Assembly (NCBI GenBank): GCA_963700985.1 | Contig: OY969554.1 | Coordinates: 1,696,001-1,760,000, forward strand | From: an uncultured Chlamydiales bacterium | Lineage (GTDB): Bacteria > Chlamydiota > Chlamydiia > Chlamydiales > Rhabdochlamydiaceae | Direction: 5' to 3' | DNA length: 64,000 nucleotides | Position numbers and translations under genes: made by a program | The notes under the pieces: generated by a model | What the model was told of the DNA's origin: nothing | Database searches by the model: none | What the model saw: the letters and a program-made list of their open reading frames with translations, nothing else | Part shown: in pieces, positions 28,179 to 37,791 of the stretch | Layout of the letters: each line of letters opens with the position of its first letter | How positions within the stretch are numbered: the first letter of the stretch is position 1

Positions 28179-28907
28179 ATGTTAGAGATTAAGAATTTAA
28201 CCGTCACTGTTGAAGGAAAATTGGCCCTCAAGGGTTTGAACCTGTCGATTAAGCCTGGAGAGATCCATGTGATTATGGGACCTAATGGCGCAGGGAAATC
28301 GACGCTGGCCAAAGTATTGGCAGGTGATCCTTCTTACGAGGTTTTAGGAGGGGAAGTCTGGTTCCGGGGGCAGAATATTTTAGATATGGACCCAGAGGAG
28401 CGCGCGCACCTTGGGCTATTTATGAGTTTTCAATACCCTCTAGAAATTCCTGGCATTAGCAACGCCGAATTTTTACATGCGGCTGAAAGTGCCGTGCGCA
28501 AAGCGCGTGGCGAAGCTCCTCTTTCCAAAGAGGAATTCAATCAGAAGCTCGAAGAAAACATGCAATTGCTCGAGATGCGCCCAGAGTTTAAAGAGCGCGC
28601 CTTGAATGAGGGCTTTTCTGGAGGAGAGAAGAAGCGTAACGAGATCTTACAGATGGCTATGCTTCGTCCTTACCTGGCAATTTTAGATGAGACCGACTCA
28701 GGTCTTGATATCGATGCCATGCGCACCGTTGCTAAAGGCGTTAATGCCTTGATGAGCCCTGAACATTCTCTTTTACTCATCACGCATTACCAGCGCCTAC
28801 TCGATTATATCCAGCCAGACTTTGTGCATGTCATGATCGATGGCGTAATCGCCCGCTCTGGCCCTGCTGAATTGGCACTAGAACTCGAAGCCAAAGGGTA
28901 TAAGTAA
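28179..28907 (+). CDS. sufC: Fe-S assembly ATPase SufC
   Basis: GPNGAGKST, FSGGEKKRNE, LDETDSGLDID. Confidence 0.97.
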   Translation: MLEIKNLTVTVEGKLALKGLNLSIKPGEIHVIMGPNGAGKSTLAKVLAGDPSYEVLGGEVWFRGQNILDMDPEERAHLGLFMSFQYPLEIPGISNAEFLHAAESAVRKARGEAPLSKEEFNQKLEENMQLLEMRPEFKERALNEGFSGGEKKRNEILQMAMLRPYLAILDETDSGLDIDAMRTVAKGVNALMSPEHSLLLITHYQRLLDYIQPDFVHVMIDGVIARSGPAELALELEAKGYK

Positions 28908-28910
28908 ATC

Positions 28911-30191
28911 ATGGCCACGCAACAGCTGTGCGATCCGTTTTTAGAGACTCTTCAAACTCAATTTGCTTCGCTTGAAGCAAACGAGGGGTTATATAAACTC
29001 CAGAAGTCTGCCTATGAGCGTCTTTTACAAATCGGCCTGCCGCAGAAAAAGCAAGAAGCGTTTCAGTACGTGCATCTAAGAGAGCTATATGCGAGCTCTT
29101 TTACGCTGCCGATTCAAGCCTCCCTGCCTTCTAAAGACGAGATTATTCCTTTTATCCTTCCTGAGTGTGCGAGCTCACATCTTGTCTTTGTCAATGGCAT
29201 CTTTGTTCCTGAGCTCTCCATTTTGCCTGCTGGATTGATTGTCATGCCTCTGGCTAAAGGGCTGCTCTCTTACCAGACTTTTTTACAAAGTCGCCTAGGG
29301 ACAGCAGTACGCGAGGAGAAAGATCCTTTTGCGCTTCTCAATCTCGCTTTTGCATCTCAGGGTGTTTTCGTATATCTTCCGCCTAAAAACAAGTTAGCCA
29401 CGCCTTTGCAATGCCTGCATCTAATCACACAAAAAGGTGTGATGGCCTCACCTAGATTTCATCTGTTTGTGGGTCGAGAGTCTGAGATGAAGCTTGTCTC
29501 CACCTTTCACCCTCTTGCCGAAGGTTGGATTAATAGCGTTTTAGATGTGATGGTCGAAGAAGGTGCGCGTGTTGAGCAAGTGAGCATTCTTTTAGAAGAG
29601 AGTCGTTCTTGGCTTTTTGATGCTGTGCGCGCTACTTTAAAACGCGATAGCTTTCTGCAAACTTTAAGTGTGAGCCGTGGCGCCAAGAGTCATCGGCAAA
29701 GCTTCGACGTTTCGCTGACAGGTGAAAATGCTGAAGCTGCATTAAATGGCACTTGGCTTTTAGGAAGCGATTACAGCGCGCATGCACATGTGCTCATTGA
29801 ACACGAAGCGCCACATACGCGTTCTAGACAGCTTTTCAAAGGCGTTGTCGATGAGATTAGTCAGTCTAGTTTTGAAGGAAAAATCTATGTGCACCCGGTG
29901 GCTCAGAAAACCGAAGCTTACCAGCTAAACAACAATCTAATTCTAGGGGAGCGCGCACAGGCTTTCAGCAAGCCTAACCTAGAAATTTTTGCGGATGATG
30001 TGAAAGCTTCGCACGGTGCAACGATCGGACAGCTCGATGCAAATGCGCTTTTCTACTTGAAAACGCGCGGTATTCCTGAATCTTTAGCCACACGTCTGCT
30101 CGTACGCGCCTTCTGTCAGGAGATAGGCGCCAAGCTACCTCTGCTTTCTCTGCAGAAACAGTTCGCAGAACAATTAGGAAAGTATCTATGA
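28911..30191 (+). CDS. sufD: SufD
   Basis: KPNLEIFADDVKASHGATIG; operon position. Confidence 0.95.
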   Translation: MATQQLCDPFLETLQTQFASLEANEGLYKLQKSAYERLLQIGLPQKKQEAFQYVHLRELYASSFTLPIQASLPSKDEIIPFILPECASSHLVFVNGIFVPELSILPAGLIVMPLAKGLLSYQTFLQSRLGTAVREEKDPFALLNLAFASQGVFVYLPPKNKLATPLQCLHLITQKGVMASPRFHLFVGRESEMKLVSTFHPLAEGWINSVLDVMVEEGARVEQVSILLEESRSWLFDAVRATLKRDSFLQTLSVSRGAKSHRQSFDVSLTGENAEAALNGTWLLGSDYSAHAHVLIEHEAPHTRSRQLFKGVVDEISQSSFEGKIYVHPVAQKTEAYQLNNNLILGERAQAFSKPNLEIFADDVKASHGATIGQLDANALFYLKTRGIPESLATRLLVRAFCQEIGAKLPLLSLQKQFAEQLGKYL

Positions 30192-31423
30192 CCTTTCTCT
30201 CTTCCTCAGATGTGCAGCTCATCCGGCAAGAATTTCCTATTTTACTGACCAAACGCTTAGGTTTCCCGTTACTTTATCTCGATTCGGCCGCGACCGTGCA
30301 AAAACCCAAACGCGTCATAGATACCATCTCACGCTTTTATAGCAGCGAATATGGCACTGTGCATCGTGCAGTTTACAATTTAGCCAACGAAGCGACAGCG
30401 CGTTATAGCGCTGTGCGTGAAAAAGTGCGCGTCTTTCTTAATGCGGCCTCTGCTGATGAGATTGTTTTCACCAAAGGGACTACTGAGGCGATTAATCTAG
30501 TGGCAGACTCATTTGGAAAGGCCTTTTTAAAACATGGCGATGAGATTTTAGTTTGCGAAACTGAGCATCACGCCAATATTGTACCTTGGCAGAAGGCTTG
30601 CCTCGAGCATGGTGCACTTCTCAAGGTGATTCCAGTAAACGATCGGGGCGAAATCGACATCAAAGCCTATGGAGAGCTTCTCAATCCACGTACAAAGCTC
30701 GTAGCCGTTGCACATATCGCGAATTCCACGGGCACGAGACATCCGATTGAAAGAATTATTCAAATGGCCCACGAAGAGCATGCTAAAGTGCTGATCGATG
30801 GCGCTCAAAGCGCTGCACGCTTGCCTATTGATGTTCAAAAGCTAGATGCGGATTTTTTTGTTTTTTCCGGACATAAAGTATATGGACCAACTGGTGTAGG
30901 GATTCTCTACGGGAAAAAAGGCTTACTTGAAGTTTTGCCTCCTTATCAGTGTGGTGGCGACATGATTGAACGTGTGACTTTTGCTTCGACCACCTATCAG
31001 AATCCACCGCTGAAATTTGAAGCGGGTACACCCATGATCGCCGAAGTGTTGGGTTTGGGTGAGGCAATCAGCTTCATCGAATCGATAGGCCGGGCAAAAA
31101 TTGCCGAGTGGGAAGATCAGCTTTTAAAGCATGCGACTGAGAAGCTTCTCGACATCCCTGAAGTTCAAATTATTGGCACAGCTGCAGAAAAGGGGCCAAT
31201 TATCAGTTTTGTAGTTGAAGGGGCACATCCGCTCGACGTAGGCACATTGCTCGATCTTAAGGGCGTTTGTGTGCGTACAGGACACCTGTGCGCTCAACCA
31301 ACCATGCAGCGTTTTAACATCACTGCTGCAATCCGTATCTCTTTTGCCGTTTATAATACAATCGAAGAGATCGACCGTTTCATCACTTCCTTGAAAGAAG
31401 TTCTGCTCACTCTTAAAAAATAA
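30188..31423 (+). CDS. sufS: Cysteine desulfurase SufS
   Basis: YLDSAAT, EHHAN, SGHK (PLP Lys), RTGHLCA. Confidence 0.95.
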   Translation: MTFLSSSDVQLIRQEFPILLTKRLGFPLLYLDSAATVQKPKRVIDTISRFYSSEYGTVHRAVYNLANEATARYSAVREKVRVFLNAASADEIVFTKGTTEAINLVADSFGKAFLKHGDEILVCETEHHANIVPWQKACLEHGALLKVIPVNDRGEIDIKAYGELLNPRTKLVAVAHIANSTGTRHPIERIIQMAHEEHAKVLIDGAQSAARLPIDVQKLDADFFVFSGHKVYGPTGVGILYGKKGLLEVLPPYQCGGDMIERVTFASTTYQNPPLKFEAGTPMIAEVLGLGEAISFIESIGRAKIAEWEDQLLKHATEKLLDIPEVQIIGTAAEKGPIISFVVEGAHPLDVGTLLDLKGVCVRTGHLCAQPTMQRFNITAAIRISFAVYNTIEEIDRFITSLKEVLLTLKK

Positions 31424-31493
31424 CCCTCTCAGTGACACCCTATTTTTCTTTTAATTGTGCGCTTATAGAAAAATAGATTCGTGCTTAAAGAAA

Positions 31494-31598
31494 TAGACTC
31501 CTTCGAGTCGACCCCAAGCGGGTCGGTGAAGAGGTGCAATAAAAATCAGGGGAAAAAAGGCGATTTTACCGTGTGAATGGAGTTTCTAAAGGAGTCTA
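31494..31598. mobile_element. Possible MITE / IS-end remnant (about 105 bp)
   Basis: Terminal inverted repeat TAGACTCCTT...AAGGAGTCTA; internal hairpin CGACCC-CAAGC-GGGTCG; no coding capacity. Confidence 0.45.
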
Positions 31599-31632
31599 AA
31601 AAGAAAAGGCCTGGACTTGCGTCCAGGCCTTT
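31598..31632 (-). terminator. Rho-independent terminator of MOMP-like gene 31665-32828
   Basis: AAAGGCCTGGAC-TTGC-GTCCAGGCCTTT, a 12-bp stem followed by a T-run on the minus strand. Confidence 0.85.
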
Positions 31633-31664
31633 ATGCTTAACAACCAGTGTTTTGCTTTAACTTC

Positions 31665-32828
31665 TTAGAAGTCTAAGCTCATACCAATGTTTACGCCAGC
31701 TGTAGAGAAGTCACCATTGTTAGTATCCAGTGCAGAGAAGTGGTCTCCTTCAAATCGGATAAACTTGTTCTGTCCCCAGAAGTAGTGGTGTTCCCAACCA
31801 GCCCACATTCCAAAACCCCAGCTATCATCGCTGAAAGTGGTGTCGTAGCGGATACCAAATGCTAAGTCAGCAACTGGTCTGCATACTTGGAATCTGTCTT
31901 GGAAGTTAGACACAACAACCGCAGGATTAGCAGGGCCTTCTCCTGAAGTTAGAGTATGTGTCTGCTCGAGTTTGAATCTTCCCCAGAGAGCAGAAAGAGC
32001 AACGTTACCGTAGAGGCTAACACCAGCTCCGAGTCCCCAAGTTGTGTTCAAACCGCCGCGTAGACCCACGCCCCAGAAGTTATTTCTTGAGTGAACGTAG
32101 TCTTGATCAGCACCAGCGAGAATGCCAGCGTCTGTATATGGAGTGAAGAAGTTTCCACCTTCATATTCAAACTTCTGCTTCTGACGTAACCACATGCCTC
32201 TTGCACCAATGTGCGGACGGACAGTCATCCACTTGCTGACGAAGAATTCTCTTCCGAGTTCTAAGTCAACCAGGTTGAGTCTAGCTCTCCAATATTTTCT
32301 CTGAGCTTCTGTTACATAAGTAGCGTCAGCGTTTGTATAGTCTTTTGGAAAGTAGATAGGCTGGAAGATTTCGCATGAAGTGCAGCAGTCGCAATCAGCT
32401 TCATGTTTTTTGTCTTTGCTTTGGAAATTCGTCCACATGAGTGTTAGATCCCAACCATCATGAGGCATGTTGTAGCCGATACCTACGCGGAAACCTGGTT
32501 CCCATTTTCCACGGAAATGAACGCCGTTACCAGAATTCACGCCGTTAAGCGCAGGTGTGTTGTTCATCTGAACTGCGTAGTCCAAATTATCTTCTCTAGC
32601 TCTCCAAATGAGAACTTCACCAGTAATGAAGATATCCACGCCGTCTTTTACAATTGGACGAGCTGGTGGATTGATCATTCCACCGTTTCCGCCTTTCTTT
32701 TGTTCAAGAGCAGTCACGCGGTTCTCGAGGTTGCGCACTTGCGCATCATCGGCAGCATTCAGGAAGCTTGTGAAAGCAACCAGTGATAAAGCCGCTGCAG
32801 GCCCCATCTTTTTGAAAATCCAATCCAT
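31665..32828 (-). CDS. MOMP-like porin with Cys cluster (DCDCCTSC)
   Basis: Start MDWIFKK after SD AGGGGG; signal peptide, short coiled coil, INPPARP, PHDGWD, C-terminal LDF. Confidence 0.85.
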   Translation of the reverse strand: MDWIFKKMGPAAALSLVAFTSFLNAADDAQVRNLENRVTALEQKKGGNGGMINPPARPIVKDGVDIFITGEVLIWRAREDNLDYAVQMNNTPALNGVNSGNGVHFRGKWEPGFRVGIGYNMPHDGWDLTLMWTNFQSKDKKHEADCDCCTSCEIFQPIYFPKDYTNADATYVTEAQRKYWRARLNLVDLELGREFFVSKWMTVRPHIGARGMWLRQKQKFEYEGGNFFTPYTDAGILAGADQDYVHSRNNFWGVGLRGGLNTTWGLGAGVSLYGNVALSALWGRFKLEQTHTLTSGEGPANPAVVVSNFQDRFQVCRPVADLAFGIRYDTTFSDDSWGFGMWAGWEHHYFWGQNKFIRFEGDHFSALDTNNGDFSTAGVNIGMSLDF

Positions 32829-32917
32829 ATAGATCCCCCTAGGTTTTGGATCGAGTGAAAAACTTGTGGTATGCATTAGGACCACATGTCCATATGTGCT
32901 TACCATTTAATAACCTC

Positions 32918-32947
32918 ACTCTAAGTTCAAATTTTATTTCGCGTCAA
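32918..32947 (-). promoter_or_regulatory. Sigma66/70-type promoter TTGACG-N18-TAGAGT
   Basis: Near copy of the element at 35474-35503. Confidence 0.6.
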
Positions 32948-33010
32948 CAAAAAATCCAAAAAACTTAATTTTTTTTCAATGAGTACATAGATAAATCTGA
33001 AAGAAGTGAC

Positions 33011-33046
33011 AAAAAAGAAGAGGCCTAGAATTTCATCTAGGCCTCT
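33011..33046 (-). terminator. Rho-independent terminator of the 35432-33079 porin pair
   Basis: AGAGGCCTAGA-ATTTCA-TCTAGGCCTCT followed by a T-run on the minus strand. Confidence 0.85.
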
Positions 33047-33078
33047 ATGTAAAACAGTCGCTGTTCGTCTCTAATTTC

Positions 33079-34245
33079 TTAGAAGTCGAAGCCCATGCCG
33101 ATATTTACACCTGCAACAGAAAAATCTCCGTTGTTTTCATTCATAGAAGAGAAAGTGTCTCCGCCAAAACGGATAAACTTGCTCTGTCCCCAGAAGTAGT
33201 GGTGTTCCCAGCCGGCCCAGATTCCCAAGCCCCAGCTATCATCATTGAAAGTGGCGTCGTAGCGTAGGCCAAATGCTAAATCGGCCACAGGTCGGCAAAC
33301 TTGGAATTTGTCTGTGAAATTCGACACAACGACATTGGTGCCAGTTTCGCCTTCGCCAGTGTAGAAATCATGATTTTGTGTCAGTCTGAGCTTTCCCCAG
33401 AGAGCAGAAAGAGCAACTTTTCCATACAAGCTAACTCCAGCTCCAAGACCCCATGTAGAATCCAACCCCCCACGTAAGCCTACGCCCCAGAAGTTATTCT
33501 TCATGAAAACGAAGTCTTGATTTGCCCCTGGAAGAACTCCATCTACGTCATAAGCTACAAAGAAGTTACCGCCTTCATACTCAAACTTCTGTTTCTGATG
33601 TAGCCACATGCCACGTACACCAATGTGGGGACGTACTGTGAGCCACTTGCTGACGAAGAACTCTCTTCCCAACTCGAGATCAGCCATATTGAGTCTGGCT
33701 CTCCAATATTTTGCATTAGCCTCATCGACATAAAGGGCGGCGCCTGCGGTGCTATCCTTTGGGTAGTAAATTGGCTCGAAGATGTTCGCGTTGCATATTT
33801 GGCAGCAGTCGCAATCTGCACCGTGTTTCTTGTCTTTGCTTAAGAAGTTTGTCCAAGTGAGGTTCAGATCCCAGCCGTCGTGAGGCATGTTATAGCCGAT
33901 CCCCAGACGGATGCCAGGTCTCCATTTTCCTCTGAAGTGCACACCGTTGCCGGAATTGATGCCATTTAAGGTGGGCACTTGGTCTAGCTGCACAGCATAG
34001 TCCATGTTATCTTGCCTAGCTCTCCAAACGAGAATTTCACCGGTAAAGAAGATATCTACGCCATCGGTAACAACCGGACGTGCAGGAGGATTGATCATTC
34101 CTCCACTTCCACCTTTTTTCTCCTCGAGTGCAGTGACACGATTGTCCAGATTGCGCAAGTGCGCATCTTCTGCTGCATGCAGAAAGCCTGTGAAAGCGAC
34201 CAGAGACAGAGCCACTGGTCCCATCATTTTGAACATCCAATTCAT
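33079..34245 (-). CDS. MOMP-like porin with Cys cluster (DCDCCQIC)
   Basis: Closely similar to both neighbours; C-terminal FDF. Confidence 0.85.
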   Translation of the reverse strand: MNWMFKMMGPVALSLVAFTGFLHAAEDAHLRNLDNRVTALEEKKGGSGGMINPPARPVVTDGVDIFFTGEILVWRARQDNMDYAVQLDQVPTLNGINSGNGVHFRGKWRPGIRLGIGYNMPHDGWDLNLTWTNFLSKDKKHGADCDCCQICNANIFEPIYYPKDSTAGAALYVDEANAKYWRARLNMADLELGREFFVSKWLTVRPHIGVRGMWLHQKQKFEYEGGNFFVAYDVDGVLPGANQDFVFMKNNFWGVGLRGGLDSTWGLGAGVSLYGKVALSALWGKLRLTQNHDFYTGEGETGTNVVVSNFTDKFQVCRPVADLAFGLRYDATFNDDSWGLGIWAGWEHHYFWGQSKFIRFGGDTFSSMNENNGDFSVAGVNIGMGFDF

Positions 34246-34274
34246 AAAAATTACCTCGTTAATATTTGTTTAAA

Positions 34275-35432
34275 TTAAAAATCAAAACTCATACCCGCAT
34301 TGAAGCCTGCAAAGGAGAGATCTCCATTGAGTTGATCCATGCTAGCAAAATGGTCGCCTCCAAATTTGATGAGCTTGTTTTGGCCCCAAAAATAGTGTTG
34401 TTCCCAGCCAGCCCAAATTCCAAAACCCCAATTATCCTCGTTAAAGGTGGTGTCATAGCTTAAGCCCAGTGCCAAATCAGCCACAGGTCTGCAGACTTGG
34501 AATCGATCGTAGAAAGTATCTTGAGTCACAATATTGCCAGCTGTGGTTTCAAGCGTGTGATTATGCGTAACTTTGAATCTTCCCCAAAGAGCTGAAAGTG
34601 CGAGTTTGGCGTAGACGCTAACTCCTGCACCTACTCCCCAAACGGTATCTACGCCACCACGCAGGCCCATGCCCCAGAAGTTATTGCGCATCGACAGATA
34701 GTCTGTCTCGTAGGGAGTCCCAAAAGTAGAGATAATTGGGGAAAGGAAATTTCCGCCTTCATATTCAATACGGAATTTCTGGTGGACCCACGCACTTCTC
34801 AGGCCAGCATGAGGACGCACAGTTACCCACTTGCTGACATAAAACTCACGACCGAGTTCGAGATCGAGAATATTGAGGTTGATCCTCCAATGTTTTCCTC
34901 TAGCTTCAGTGACGTAAGGATTGTCTGTAACGGTGGTATCGATATCATCGAGATTGACATCTTTGGGGAAGAAAATAGGTTCAAAGATTTCTGGGCATAT
35001 ACAATCTGTTCGGTCGTGTTTATTATTGCTATGGAAGCGTGCCCAAGAGAGATCGAGATCCCAACCATCATGCGGAGTATTGTACCCTATGCCCAAGCGG
35101 AAACCGGCGTTCCATTTTCCTTTGAAATGTTCCGATGTTCCATGAATTGGCGCACTCGGCAGAGGAATTTGATCGAGTTGTATTGCATAGTCTAAGTTGT
35201 CTTCTCTCGCTCTCCATACAAGGACTTCTCCTGTGATGAAGATATCTACGCCATCCTTTACGACGGGCCGTGCTGGAGGATTGATCTCTGTGGAGCTTGT
35301 TCTTTCTTCGACAGCGGTAAGGCGCTTTTCAAACTCGCGCATCTGCGCATCTTCGGCAGCATTTAAGCTTGCAGTGAATGCAATAAGAGAAAAAAGAGCT
35401 GTTGACGCACTTTGTTTTAGATATCGATTCAT
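34275..35432 (-). CDS. MOMP-like porin (DCICP)
   Basis: Same architecture; C-terminal FDF. Confidence 0.85.
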   Translation of the reverse strand: MNRYLKQSASTALFSLIAFTASLNAAEDAQMREFEKRLTAVEERTSSTEINPPARPVVKDGVDIFITGEVLVWRAREDNLDYAIQLDQIPLPSAPIHGTSEHFKGKWNAGFRLGIGYNTPHDGWDLDLSWARFHSNNKHDRTDCICPEIFEPIFFPKDVNLDDIDTTVTDNPYVTEARGKHWRINLNILDLELGREFYVSKWVTVRPHAGLRSAWVHQKFRIEYEGGNFLSPIISTFGTPYETDYLSMRNNFWGMGLRGGVDTVWGVGAGVSVYAKLALSALWGRFKVTHNHTLETTAGNIVTQDTFYDRFQVCRPVADLALGLSYDTTFNEDNWGFGIWAGWEQHYFWGQNKLIKFGGDHFASMDQLNGDLSFAGFNAGMSFDF

Positions 35433-35473
35433 ACGAGTCTCCCTGTTTGTTTTATGTCAAAGCGAAGCCAAAG

Positions 35474-35503
35474 ATGTTAATTTCAAATTTTGCTTCGTGT
35501 CAA
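35474..35503 (-). promoter_or_regulatory. Sigma66/70-type promoter TTGACA-N18-TAACAT
   Basis: Perfect -35 box; spacer shares CGAA..AAAATTTGAA with 32918-32947. Confidence 0.65.
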
Positions 35504-35537
35504 CGAAATAAATTAGAGTTCTTTCGAAAGAAGTCTG

Positions 35538-36377
35538 TTAGGCTTTGAGAGTTTCTAAGATGCTAGTGATTTCTCGTAACCAGAGAAGAGATTGTTTAGC
35601 GAGCTGTTGCAAGATGAAATACCAGCCAGCCCACAAGAGAGCGATTCCAAGGAGTGATTTAAGCGACATGCCCAAGAAAGCAATTTGCACCTGAGGCGCT
35701 AGGCGATTGGCAATTCCGAGAAACATTTCAGCCATTAAGATTGAGATAATTGCTGGAGCGGCCATTTGGATGGAAAGCAGAGTAAACTCAGTTAGCAGAT
35801 GTGTGATGGCTTGCCAAAAAGGTAACTTCAGGTTGAAAAATGCCGCCTGGATAACTCCGTCAACTGGGATCAGTTTAAAAGATTGCATCACGCCATCGAA
35901 GAAGAAGAAGGGTCCGTTGATCTGAAAAAAAAGCACGATTAATACGTAATTATAAAGTAATCCAATCGGTGTGACTTGGGCTTGAGTTGTCGGATCGGTA
36001 ACGCCTAGAGAGGATGAACCGCGCATGAAGTCGATCAATACGCCGGCTGCTTGCGCAAAATAAAAAGGGATCGAGACCATAAACCCAAGCAGTGAGCCGA
36101 TAAAGATTTCCTTAATCAGATATCCCGTAAATGAAAGATCAAAGACCGCCGCATGATGGCTGGTGAAGATAATCTGAGGCAACATAACGGCTGTAAGCGA
36201 CAGCGCAAGGCCGATCTTTACCCCTTGAGGAAGCTTAGATCCTAAAAAAGGGGCAAGGGCAACAATGGGCGCAATGCGCATCAATCCCAGCAAGAATGAG
36301 AGCAATACCGAAACTGGTGCCACGCCAGGAATGCTAAGAATCAGTGAGAGATAATCTGAAGTCGGAGAGACGTTCAC
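35538..36377 (-). CDS. sctT: T3SS export apparatus SctT
   Basis: KEIFIG, AGVLIDFMRG, RLAPQVQ. Confidence 0.93.
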   Translation of the reverse strand: MNVSPTSDYLSLILSIPGVAPVSVLLSFLLGLMRIAPIVALAPFLGSKLPQGVKIGLALSLTAVMLPQIIFTSHHAAVFDLSFTGYLIKEIFIGSLLGFMVSIPFYFAQAAGVLIDFMRGSSSLGVTDPTTQAQVTPIGLLYNYVLIVLFFQINGPFFFFDGVMQSFKLIPVDGVIQAAFFNLKLPFWQAITHLLTEFTLLSIQMAAPAIISILMAEMFLGIANRLAPQVQIAFLGMSLKSLLGIALLWAGWYFILQQLAKQSLLWLREITSILETLKA

Positions 36378-36647
36378 TTAAGAAGACCATTTATAGAAGT
36401 TCATAAAGATGGTCGTGCTAAATTGCATAATTTGACTTCCTAGCCAGCCACCCATAAGAAGAAGCACGATCATCACGGCAAAAAGTTTGACCATGAACGA
36501 GAGTGTCTGCTCCTGAATCTGTGTTGCCGCCTGAAAAATGGCCACAAAGAGGCCGAGCAGCGTACTAATTAGGATGGGAGGTCCTGATAAGATCAGAATC
36601 AAAAGCAGGGCTTGGTAAGCGAGTTGGTAGATTTCTGCAGCGAACAC
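36378..36647 (-). CDS. sctS: T3SS export apparatus SctS
   Basis: FQAATQIQEQTLSF. Confidence 0.95.
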   Translation of the reverse strand: MFAAEIYQLAYQALLLILILSGPPILISTLLGLFVAIFQAATQIQEQTLSFMVKLFAVMIVLLLMGGWLGSQIMQFSTTIFMNFYKWSS

Positions 36648-36665
36648 GCGATCTTTCTCCTTGGT

Positions 36666-37472
36666 TTACCGGAATGAGAGGACAAGTCCTTGTATCAGGA
36701 GCGTCCAGCCATCCACCATTACGAGCAAAAGCAGTTTTAACGGTAGCGCGATGGTTAGAGGCGAGAGCATCATCATCCCCATGGCGAGCAAGATGTTAGA
36801 AGTCACAAGATCGATGACGAAAAAGGGCAGATAAATCAGCACGCCTATCTCAAATGCAGATTTTAGCTGCGACGTAATAAAAGCTGGAATGAGGACGATA
36901 AAATCATTGGGCTGAAGAGATGTGCGAAAATTATCTGGAAAGCTCTTATAGGCCAGTTGATAAAAACTGGTCATGTGCTTGCCGATCGTGTTTCTTTGCA
37001 AAAATTGCCTCAATGGCTCTTTAGCTTTGTCTACCACATTGACGACATAAGAAGCCGTGGGGGCAGAGAAAAGCTCGGTGGGAGCTTCGGATTTTATGTA
37101 ATCGCCAGCAGCAGTATACATGGCAAGGCCTGTGGGAAACATGACGTAAACGGTCATGAGTAGCGCAATGCCGTTAAGCACTTGGTTCGGAGGAGATTGC
37201 TGTACGCCCAAAGCGTTTCGCAGAAGAGAGAGCACGACTACAATTTTGACAAAAGAGGTGAGTAGCATCACGGCAAAAGGCAGGATCGAAAGGCCTGCTA
37301 AAACTGCGAGTTCAATGACCAGCGGTGGCGGCGCATTTTCATCGGGGTTTTCCATATTTGCAAATGCTGGAATGCTAGATGAGCGCAGAGTCTCATCCTG
37401 AGCTAGAAGTGGCGCTGCAAAGCAGCAGCAAAGACACAAAAAGAAAAAAGCGAGTTTCAGTTTCGAACGCAT
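36666..37472 (-). CDS. sctR: T3SS export apparatus SctR
   Basis: RNALGVQQSPPN, LAMGMMMLSP, DGW. Confidence 0.95.
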   Translation of the reverse strand: MRSKLKLAFFFLCLCCCFAAPLLAQDETLRSSSIPAFANMENPDENAPPPLVIELAVLAGLSILPFAVMLLTSFVKIVVVLSLLRNALGVQQSPPNQVLNGIALLMTVYVMFPTGLAMYTAAGDYIKSEAPTELFSAPTASYVVNVVDKAKEPLRQFLQRNTIGKHMTSFYQLAYKSFPDNFRTSLQPNDFIVLIPAFITSQLKSAFEIGVLIYLPFFVIDLVTSNILLAMGMMMLSPLTIALPLKLLLLVMVDGWTLLIQGLVLSFR

Positions 37473-37574
37473 TTTAAACCTTTACAAAGCTACCACGACA
37501 CAATATCACTCCCTCGAATATGCCACAACGTATTGGCTAAAAGATCAAAAATAAGGAGGAGTTTTTATCGGGCT

Positions 37575-37740
37575 GCACCGCTCTCTCCCTCCCCCTCACC
37601 GGGGGCCCCTTCCGTGTTGGCGTTGCAGTGCCTATTTTTGAGATTTTCACACTGAAGCTGAAGACTCGCTTTAATTTAAGTTAAGCATTACTAAAGGAAA
37701 AGTCAGGCACTGCAACGAGCAGCGGGAGATGGAATCCCCG
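37575..37740. repeat. Structured GC-rich intergenic element between sctL and sctR
   Basis: Perfect 13-bp inverted repeat CGTTGCAGTGCCT (37621-37633) / AGGCACTGCAACG (37705-37717), flanked by small hairpins. Confidence 0.6.
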
Positions 37741-37791
37741 ACATGTCTATGGAGGCCGTAACCAAATACATCCAACTCTCAATAAATTTGG

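Noticed and set aside
37575-37740. SRP RNA, RNase P, tmRNA or group II intron domain V
   Set aside because: The diagnostic conserved motifs of these RNAs were not recognisable.
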